Assembly (NCBI GenBank): GCA_037444505.1
Contig: JBBIMH010000021.1
Location: 1-60,258, forward strand
Origin: Nitrospirota bacterium
GTDB taxonomy: Bacteria; Nitrospirota; UBA9217
DNA: 60,258 nt
Direction of reading: 5' to 3'
How positions within the stretch are numbered: the first letter of the stretch is position 1; each line of letters opens with the position of its first letter. This document shows positions 53,233 through 60,258 of the stretch, in pieces. Both the position numbers and the translations under genes were made by a program. Under the pieces are notes generated by a model, which worked only from the letters and a program-made list of their open reading frames with translations, searched no databases and had not been told where the DNA came from.

Positions 53233-54132
53233 TCATGCCTTTTTCAGACCCTTCACGACCACCTTAAAGCGCTTCGAGAGTGGTGCATCCATATTGATGG
53301 AGACCCTGAGTTGATACTGCTCTTCCTTTCCGGAGACGATCAAAGCGAAAGGGAGCACTATCTCGCCGTTGTCCATCTCAGCCCTCCCGAGGTCCACCTT
53401 CATCCCGGCATCCACAGCCTTCTCGAGCGCTGCCATTTCAGGCTTTGCCTCCGCCATCGGACCGCCTGGTATGGACGGCTCCTGAGGAGGCGCGTGCTCC
53501 GGGACGGGCTTCGAAACAATATCTCCTAAAGAGAGATTGTGTCTATCCGGATGCCTCTGCATGTCCTGCAGAACGAGTTTGGATATGGCGGTGAAGGTCT
53601 TGAGCACCCCTTCCCCTGTTGTCGCAACCGCCTCATAGAAAGGCGCGTTCCTCTTGTTCAGAGCCTCGTTCAGTTCCTCCACAGTATAGATGTCTGGAAG
53701 GTCTCTCTTGTTGTACTGAAGCACAAGCGGGAAGTCGTCCAGGTCTATGCCCATCTCGGAGAGGTTGTCTTTGAGGTTCGCCAGACTCTCAAGATTGGCA
53801 TCCATCATGGCACGCTGGGAATCCGCAACGAAGATGACCCCGTCCGCGCCCTTCAAAACGAGCTTGCGCGTCGCATTGTAGAAGACCTGGCCCGGCACCG
53901 TGTAGAGATGGAACCTCACCCTGTAGTTCTTTATGGTGCCGAGCTCCACAGGCAGGAAATCGAAGAAGAGGGTGCGGTCGGTCTCTGTAGCGAGGGATAT
54001 GAGCTTGCCGCGCTGCGTGGGCGCTATGCGACGATATATATAATGTATGTTGGTGGTCTTTCCGCACAGACCCGGGCCGTAGTAAACGATCTTTGCATTT
54101 ATCTCCCGCGTTGTGTGATTGACCAGCGCCAT
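53233..54132 (-). CDS. MglA-like Ras-superfamily GTPase with a C-terminal extension of about 100 aa
   Basis: INAKIVYYGPGLCGKTTN (P-loop), TVPGQ (switch II) and QYNKRD (G4) match MglA-type GTPases. Residues ~200-299 have no counterpart in ~195-aa MglA. Confidence 0.75.
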   Translation of the reverse strand: MALVNHTTREINAKIVYYGPGLCGKTTNIHYIYRRIAPTQRGKLISLATETDRTLFFDFLPVELGTIKNYRVRFHLYTVPGQVFYNATRKLVLKGADGVIFVADSQRAMMDANLESLANLKDNLSEMGIDLDDFPLVLQYNKRDLPDIYTVEELNEALNKRNAPFYEAVATTGEGVLKTFTAISKLVLQDMQRHPDRHNLSLGDIVSKPVPEHAPPQEPSIPGGPMAEAKPEMAALEKAVDAGMKVDLGRAEMDNGEIVLPFALIVSGKEEQYQLRVSINMDAPLSKRFKVVVKGLKKA

Positions 54133-54177
54133 GAGTTCATAATTACATAAAAGGAAGAGGATGTCAATACTAGCAAG

Positions 54178-54993
54178 CTACCTGTTCGCCGAGAGCAGGC
54201 CGAGCGCCTTTTGATGAAGCCTCGGATTTGCAGCAGCGAGCAGCGGTACGGTTCTGTCAAGCCCTGCAGAGATGCCTTCCAATGAACCGCCCTTTATGTC
54301 CGTTATCACGCCGCCCGCCTCCATCAGAATGAGGTAGCCCGCTGCATAATCGAATGCACGTGACGGATTGCCTGTCGCGAATACGCTCATTCCGCCGGAT
54401 GCCAGAAACACGAGATCCAGCGCTATCGAGCCGAAACACCTCGTGCGGCGTGCAGCCGCAAGAAGCGGCATGACGGCAGGGATGTCCGTCTTGGGATTGG
54501 ATGCCTCGAAGCCCACTATAACTATATCCTCTGAAGAAGAAGAATGAATCCTCCTGCCGTCTTTGAATGCACCCTCCCCCCTGACCGCCCAGTATTCATC
54601 TCCATTCGCGAGATTCATCACATAGGCAGCGGAAATGTCGCCGAATGTCTTTCCGCGAATCAGTGCAATAGACACCCCGAACATGGGTATACCTGATTTT
54701 GCATTGTTGCTCCCGTCTATGGGGTCGACCAGCAGTAATGTATCTGATTCTCCGAATCTTCTGACTCCCATCTCCTCCGAGACGAGAGTGAAATTTTCAT
54801 CTTTTGCATAGACATCCTCGAGCGCGGCTATGACTATATCCTCGGCCCACCTGTCCACTGGAAAGGTCTTGTCTCCTCCCGCTCCTTTTCCGACAGGAAT
54901 AGCGCCGCCATCGCGAGAAAGGAACTCCGCAATGCCTGCACGCATTTCGCGTCCGATCCCTTTGAATATATCCAGCCATTGTTTGTTCGTCAT
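54178..54993 (-). CDS. Inositol monophosphatase/FBPase-family phosphatase
   Basis: Metal-binding motifs (SEE, LVDPIDGSNN, WDYAAG-like FDYAAG). Confidence 0.8.
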   Translation of the reverse strand: MTNKQWLDIFKGIGREMRAGIAEFLSRDGGAIPVGKGAGGDKTFPVDRWAEDIVIAALEDVYAKDENFTLVSEEMGVRRFGESDTLLLVDPIDGSNNAKSGIPMFGVSIALIRGKTFGDISAAYVMNLANGDEYWAVRGEGAFKDGRRIHSSSSEDIVIVGFEASNPKTDIPAVMPLLAAARRTRCFGSIALDLVFLASGGMSVFATGNPSRAFDYAAGYLILMEAGGVITDIKGGSLEGISAGLDRTVPLLAAANPRLHQKALGLLSANR

Positions 54994-55173
54994 GGTTATA
55001 CTCCGAGATTCACAACATCAAAAGCCGATTTCACCACAAAATAGCAGCACTCGCGGATGCGATTAAAGCGCTATCCATGAGCTCTTCCCTGCACCCTCTC
55101 CCATGCGCCAAAAGTACTCTACAAGTCTATCATATAATTCTTGGTCGCCTCTGCGATTGAGACTTTGTACGTG

Positions 55174-56994
55174 TCATTTACGGCCGAAATACCCTGCTAC
55201 CTCTTCCGCCGCCCTCTTCGTCATCCCGGGCACGGCCGCAAGCTCCTCTACTGTAGCCTGTCTGATATTCTCGATTCCGCCAAAACGTCGAAGAAGCGCC
55301 TTCTTCCTCGCCACTCCGATGCCAGGGATCCCGTCCAACTCGGACTCAACAGCCTTCTTCTCACGCATCCTCCTGTGATATGTGATTGCAAAGCGATGCG
55401 CCTCGTCCCGCACCCGCGCTACAAGATGCGTAGCGGCGCTCGTGGGTTCGAGGATGACAGGCTCCTCCACACCAGGCATAAACACCCTCTCGAACCCGCG
55501 TTCTCCTTCTTCACCGCTCCTGGCCTTCGCAAGGCCGATTACATCTGGCCCCTCGATGCCGAGCTCCCAGAGCGCACCGAGCGCGGCACCAAGCTGGCCC
55601 CTGCCGCCGTCTATGATGATCAGATCCGGCAATGCGCCTTCCTCCTTGGCCTTTGCATAGCGCCGTTTGATCACCTCCGCCATGCTGGCAAAGTCGTCCT
55701 GACCGGAGACAGTGCGGATTTTGAACCTCTTGTATCCGCTCTTGTCGGGGATGTTGTTCTCGAATGCGACCATACTGCCCACTGATTCGCTCCCCATAGT
55801 TGTGGATATGTCGAAGGCCTCGATCCTTCTCGGCAGGTTCTTGAGACCTAGCTCCTTCTGTAGTTGAGCAAGTATCTTCTCCTTGCTCTTTCGAGAGAGC
55901 CTGTGTACGTTCAATGCCTGCCCGGCATTGTCTGCGGCCATATCCACAAGCTCACGCTTCCTCCCGCGCTGCGGCACAAGGAGGGTCACGCCGGCGCCCG
56001 ACCTCTCCCTGAGCCACATGCAGAATACATCCATGCCCGGAATCTCCACCGGAAGAAGCACTTCAGAGGGGATGATCATCTCCTTGCTGTAGAACTGCCT
56101 CAGAAAATCGGAGAGTATTTCCGGTTCCGACATGCCGCAGACATCATCCAGGTAGAAGTCCTTCCGGCCCAGGAGCATGCCGTTCCGGATAAAGAGAACC
56201 TGTATGTCTGCAAAGCATCCGTCCACTGCCATGCCTATTACGTCCTGATTCTCGAAATTCGGCGAGATGATCTTCTGCTTCTCCAGTGCACCTTCGATCT
56301 TAGCGATCCTGTCCCTAAGCTCCGCGGCCCGCTCATACTCCATCTTCTCCGATGCCTCTTCCATCTTCTTTTTGAGCATCTCTATGAGGCTTCGGTTCTT
56401 GCCCTCGAGAAACAGCCTCACCTCCATGACCATGTCCTGGTATTGCTTCTTGTCCGCCCCGCCGGTGCACGGCGCCATGCAGCGTCCTATCTGGAACTGG
56501 ACGCATGCCCGCTCCTGCCTTTTCCCCAGCTCTTCCTTTCTGCATGTCGCAAGCTTGAAGGTCCTCCTGATGAGCGCCAATGTCTCCCACATGCCCCCCG
56601 CAGGGACATATGGGCCGTAGTACAGGGCTCCGTCCTTCTTGATGCGCCTGACCACCTCGAGGCGGGGAAAATCGGATTTTATGTCTAGCCTGAGATACGG
56701 ATAGTTCTTGTCGTCCCTCAGGAGGATGTTATACCGCGGTCTATGCTTTTTGATAAGATTGGATTCAAGTGCGAGGGCATCGAGTTCCGTGTGCGTGACG
56801 ATGGTATCTATATCGGCTATCTGACGTACCATGATCTCGGTCTTCTCGCCCTTTGCGCCTTTTTGAAAATACGATCTCACCCTCGCTTTAAGGGACACGG
56901 CCTTGCCGACGTAGATGACATGCCCCTTGGCGTCCTTCATGAGATACACCCCGGGCTCATCCGGGAGATTCGCGAGTTTTTCATGGATGTTCAT
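55174..56994 (-). CDS. uvrC: Excinuclease ABC subunit C
   Basis: GIY-YIG (PGVYLMKDAKGHVIYVGKA), UVR domain, endonuclease V-like domain and a C-terminal (HhH)2. I set the start to the ATG at 56994. Confidence 0.95.
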   Translation of the reverse strand: MNIHEKLANLPDEPGVYLMKDAKGHVIYVGKAVSLKARVRSYFQKGAKGEKTEIMVRQIADIDTIVTHTELDALALESNLIKKHRPRYNILLRDDKNYPYLRLDIKSDFPRLEVVRRIKKDGALYYGPYVPAGGMWETLALIRRTFKLATCRKEELGKRQERACVQFQIGRCMAPCTGGADKKQYQDMVMEVRLFLEGKNRSLIEMLKKKMEEASEKMEYERAAELRDRIAKIEGALEKQKIISPNFENQDVIGMAVDGCFADIQVLFIRNGMLLGRKDFYLDDVCGMSEPEILSDFLRQFYSKEMIIPSEVLLPVEIPGMDVFCMWLRERSGAGVTLLVPQRGRKRELVDMAADNAGQALNVHRLSRKSKEKILAQLQKELGLKNLPRRIEAFDISTTMGSESVGSMVAFENNIPDKSGYKRFKIRTVSGQDDFASMAEVIKRRYAKAKEEGALPDLIIIDGGRGQLGAALGALWELGIEGPDVIGLAKARSGEEGERGFERVFMPGVEEPVILEPTSAATHLVARVRDEAHRFAITYHRRMREKKAVESELDGIPGIGVARKKALLRRFGGIENIRQATVEELAAVPGMTKRAAEEVAGYFGRK

Positions 56995-57117
56995 GACGGT
57001 ATAATACCATACACCTATACAATACGCCAATCAGGCTCAGCTCATGGAATTATTTTTATTTGATAATTTATCTTGGGGTGTATAATACACAAGCTTAAGA
57101 AAGAGGAGGTGCGGGCA

Positions 57118-58257
57118 ATGTTCGGAAAGATATTCATATCTATTATGGCCCTGTTTCCTTTTCTGTCCCTGCAGGCGGCCGAGGCCAAGGCCGAAAGGCT
57201 CGAGAAGGCGACATTCGCAGGCGGATGCTTCTGGTGCATGGAGCCGCCGTTCGAAAACATCGATGGTGTAAAAGAGGTCATATCAGGCTACACAGGCGGG
57301 TGGAAGCAGAACCCTACTTATGAAGAGGTGGCGTCCGGCACGACAGGCCATGTAGAGGCCATAGAGATAATCTATGATCCCGCGAAGGTGACTTACCAGA
57401 AGCTGCTCGATGTGTTCTGGAGGCAGATAGATCCCACCGATGGAGGCGGACAGTTTGCAGACAGGGGCCGGTCCTACAAGACGGCGATATTCTATCACAA
57501 TGATGAGCAGAGGAGGCTCGCCGAGAGATCTAAAAAGGCCCTCGAGCGTTCGGGCCGATTCAAAAAACCTATCGTAACCGAGATACGTCCGGCTGGCAAG
57601 TTCTTCAAGGCCGAAGAATATCACCAGGACTATTACAAGAAGAATCCCTTACAGTACAAGTCTTACCGCTCCGGATCCGGAAGAGAAGGTTTTCTGAAAA
57701 GGATATGGGGAAAGGAGTCGGAAATGAAGACCGAATGCAGAAATAAGACTTTAACAAAGCCGTCGAAGGAAGACCTGAAGAAACGCCTGTCGCCGCTCCA
57801 GTACAAGGTGACTCAGGAAGAAGGCACTGAGCCGGCCTTCGTGAATGAGTACTGGGATAATAAAAGACCTGGTATTTACGTGGACATCGTATCCGGAGAG
57901 CCGCTCTTCAGCTCCCTTGATAAATACGACTCCGGCACAGGCTGGCCGAGCTTCACCAGGCCGCTCGAGGCTGACAACATCGTAACGCGTGAAGACCGCA
58001 GCCTTCTCAGCGCCAGGACAGAGGTGAGGAGCAGGCTGGGAGACTCACACCTGGGTCATGTTTTCGAGGACGGGCCTAAGCCAACAGGCCTCCGCTACTG
58101 CATAAATTCAGCAGCGCTCAGGTTCATCCCGCTCGAAGAACTCGAGAGGGAAGGATACGGAAAATATCTCAGGCTGTTCGACAAGCAAAAGTCGGGCTCA
58201 GGAAAAGATGAGCGTGCCGGTCCCGAGCAGGATAAAGAGAAGACCGGAAAGAGGTGA
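57118..58257 (+). CDS. msrAB: Secreted bifunctional peptide methionine sulfoxide reductase MsrA-MsrB
   Basis: Signal peptide, MsrA GCFWC motif, MsrB CxxC pairs and RYCINS active site. GAGGAGG RBS before the ATG at 57118. Confidence 0.9.
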   Translation: MFGKIFISIMALFPFLSLQAAEAKAERLEKATFAGGCFWCMEPPFENIDGVKEVISGYTGGWKQNPTYEEVASGTTGHVEAIEIIYDPAKVTYQKLLDVFWRQIDPTDGGGQFADRGRSYKTAIFYHNDEQRRLAERSKKALERSGRFKKPIVTEIRPAGKFFKAEEYHQDYYKKNPLQYKSYRSGSGREGFLKRIWGKESEMKTECRNKTLTKPSKEDLKKRLSPLQYKVTQEEGTEPAFVNEYWDNKRPGIYVDIVSGEPLFSSLDKYDSGTGWPSFTRPLEADNIVTREDRSLLSARTEVRSRLGDSHLGHVFEDGPKPTGLRYCINSAALRFIPLEELEREGYGKYLRLFDKQKSGSGKDERAGPEQDKEKTGKR

Positions 58258-58764
58258 TATATACTTCTCTGGGATGAATTTATGCAGACGGCCTGCAATC
58301 AGCACGCCGATGAAAGTGGATAGAAAGAGCGCTGCAAGGCTCCCGAGAAACACGACAACAATGCTCTGATACTTAACAGACAGCAAAAGCGTGGCGATCT
58401 GGGTCTTGTCTCCCAGCTCTGAGACTGCGATGAGGCTGAATGCAGCAAGAAGCCCTGCCTTTGCCGAGGGCCTGACCTCCTCAGGACCATGCTCTCTTTT
58501 CTTTATGAGCATGAACACGCCGAAGGCGATGAACACCCAGGCGGAGGCCGTCTTGATGAGCTCAGGCTCGAGCAGCCCGCCGAGCCCTTTCCCTACGAGT
58601 GCGGCGCTGCCTGAAAGAAGGAAGAATGCGAGAAACGCGCCGAAAAGCACGGGCCGTGCGCCGTATCTCAGCGCGAGGGTCAACACCATGAGCTGTGTCT
58701 TATCTCCGAGCTCTGCTGTAAATATCAAGCCGAAGGAGATGAAGAATACGGTTAATAGAGACAA
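58198..58764 (-). CDS. GDT1/TMEM165 (UPF0016) family cation transporter
   Basis: Two ELGDKTQ repeats within six hydrophobic helices. Confidence 0.8.
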   Translation of the reverse strand: MSLLTVFFISFGLIFTAELGDKTQLMVLTLALRYGARPVLFGAFLAFFLLSGSAALVGKGLGGLLEPELIKTASAWVFIAFGVFMLIKKREHGPEEVRPSAKAGLLAAFSLIAVSELGDKTQIATLLLSVKYQSIVVVFLGSLAALFLSTFIGVLIAGRLHKFIPEKYISPLSGLLFILLGTGTLIFS

Positions 58765-58857
58765 TCAAGCCTCCCAAGATAATCGAATCCAGAATCCGCA
58801 TTCTAACACTTCAGCGCTCTGGACTTTTTTGGGATTTCATGCTTAGGATCTGCGATT

Positions 58858-59565
58858 TTATCTCAGCGCTTCCTTCTGCTTCTTGATCAGGGCCTTTATC
58901 CCCTTCCCGCCGAGCTTGATGAGTTTGTTAAGCTCTGCAATGGAAAAAGACCCTCTTTCCGCCGTCCCCTGTATCTCGACTATGCCCCCTCTGCCTGTCA
59001 TAACGAGATTCATATCCACCTCAGCCTTGGAGTCTTCGGCGTAGCAAAGGTCGAGCACAGGCCTTCCCTCCACTATGCCGACGCTCACAGCGGCAAGATG
59101 GTCTGTGACAGGAATCTTCTCTATGAGCCCCTGCCTCTGCGCAGCCCTCAGACAGAGCACGAGCGCAATATACGCGCCAGTGATTGCAGCGGTCCTCGTG
59201 CCGCCGTCCGCCTGGATGACATCGCAGTCTATCAGCACGGACCTTTCTCCGAGCGCCTCCATGTCCACGACGGCGCGGAGCGCCCTGCCGATCAGCCTCT
59301 GGATCTCGTGTGTGCGGCCGCCCACCCTGCCGCGCTCCCGCTCTATTCTCTGCGGAGAAGAGCGCGGCAGCATGCTGTATTCCGCCGTCACCCATCCCGT
59401 GCCTTTTCCCCTGAGAAACGGGGGCACTGAATCCTGCACAGTAGCAGTGCAGATGACTCGGGTATCTCCGACCTCGATCAGCACCGAGCCCTCTGCGGTC
59501 TTGAGATAGTTTTTGGTGATCTTTACTTTTCTGAGCTCATCGCTCTTTCTGCCGTCTATGCGCAT
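58858..59565 (-). CDS. rph: Ribonuclease PH
   Basis: [12 protein letters not shown] start and the [11 protein letters not shown] phosphate-binding motif. I moved the start to the ATG at 59565. Confidence 0.9.
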   Translation of the reverse strand: MRIDGRKSDELRKVKITKNYLKTAEGSVLIEVGDTRVICTATVQDSVPPFLRGKGTGWVTAEYSMLPRSSPQRIERERGRVGGRTHEIQRLIGRALRAVVDMEALGERSVLIDCDVIQADGGTRTAAITGAYIALVLCLRAAQRQGLIEKIPVTDHLAAVSVGIVEGRPVLDLCYAEDSKAEVDMNLVMTGRGGIVEIQGTAERGSFSIAELNKLIKLGGKGIKALIKKQKEALR

Positions 59566-60258
59566 TCTGATAATCCTCTCGGGTTCAGCGGATTGCAAAA
59601 AAGTCCGAATTTATTAAGGAGAGCATACTTGTATTGACACCGTTCATCATAAAAATCCATCCTAATGGGAGCACAGAGCATTTTACTCAAGCAATTTCTC
59701 CGTGCCCTGGTTTGTTTTTTTCATGACACTTTTGACATGACCCTTTCCCTTTTAGGCGAATCATTTCGATAAACAGACGCACCAGTTTCCGAATTCTAAT
59801 CCTGCGATGTATACTCGGTCGTGAAGTCGAAATAGCAGCGAAGCCATCTTTGGTAACCGTCGGAAATCAAGATAGGATGGCCTTCTGATTCAAGGCCGTA
59901 CTAAACAGCCTCGAAACGTCTTCAGGGATGGGGTGCGGTCAACGCTCCGGCAGCCAACTATTCTATTTTCGCACATTACTAAAGATTAAGATAAATCTAT
60001 GACACATGGGCTATCTCTTCTCTGCAAGAACTGTAACAATTTCAGGCAGTTATGTCAAGGCTTTTCCTTTAATTTTCTTGACAGCCTCTGTGCTCATTGA
60101 GCCTTACCGCGCCCTCGCCCTCTATGATAAGCTCGTGAAGAAGACATGGGTAATTTTCTGGTGGCAGATCGGCACATTTGGAGTGGGCATATCGCTTCTC
60201 GTTTTAGGTATCGCCGCATCAGTAAGTGAGAAGCTGCTATAAACCACACGCCTTTAAT

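Noticed and set aside
60006-60242. 78-aa + strand ORF at the window end, with two hydrophobic stretches.
   Set aside because: No Shine-Dalgarno precedes the ATG. It lies in an AT-rich non-coding-looking stretch and I recognise no family. The evidence is too weak to call.
1-60258. A window-wide look for CRISPR arrays, tRNA/rRNA genes, IS elements, integrases, phage genes or known defence systems.
   Set aside because: I saw no regularly spaced direct repeats, no tRNA T-arm/acceptor signatures in the intergenic regions I read, no transposase, integrase or reverse-transcriptase-like ORFs, and no restriction, toxin or Cas-like proteins.

Overview
This is a 60.3-kb chromosomal segment that is densely coded, mostly on the minus strand, with no rRNA, tRNA, CRISPR array or transposase that I could recognise. 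It comes from an anaerobic bacterium that dissimilates sulfite or sulfate; I did not attempt a taxon assignment.

Layout by region:
- 0.2-10 kb: a housekeeping operon (pabB/trpE-like, SMC-like ATPase, tmk, holB, PSP1/RicT, metG, TatD-radical-SAM fusion).
- 10-21.6 kb: a roughly 300-nt structured intergenic RNA candidate, a PhnD-like binding-protein gene broken by an in-frame TGA, a membrane-anchored multihaem cytochrome c, a Uma2 nuclease, radA, a large hybrid histidine kinase and two outer-membrane barrel genes.
- 21.6-25.5 kb: the accessory-looking part. It holds a DUF134/NifX-like pair behind a strong promoter with a perfect 14-bp palindrome, a three-gene ferritin-like cassette, and convergent to these a radical-SAM/SPASM enzyme. 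That enzyme is followed by a 20-codon Cys-rich ORF below the ORF-track cutoff, which I call a candidate RiPP pair.
- 25.5-34.8 kb: 2-oxoacid:ferredoxin oxidoreductase, a second hybrid kinase, tkt, rsmE and pcnB.
- 34.9-47.5 kb: a complete dissimilatory sulfite reductase locus, dsrA-B-D-N-(zinc-ribbon ORF)-C, ferredoxin, dsrH/E/F-like, dsrT, dsrMKJOP, ferredoxin. Strong hairpins separate its parts.
- 47.5-48.3 kb: an AT-rich gap of about 0.8 kb without ORFs.
- 48.3-60 kb: osmC, CbiM-PDGLE with an outer-membrane channel, cysE, ispDF, an extended MglA-like GTPase, an IMPase-family gene, uvrC, msrAB, a GDT1-family protein and rph.

Most worth a second look:
- the radical-SAM/SPASM enzyme plus its mini-peptide;
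- DsrD (reductive marker) together with a DsrH-E-F sulfur-relay module (oxidative marker) in one locus;
- the unassigned zinc-ribbon gene between dsrN and dsrC;
- the unclassified structured RNA at 10.1-10.5 kb.

All calls rest on reading motifs in the supplied translations and the DNA. No database search, covariance model or folding program was run.
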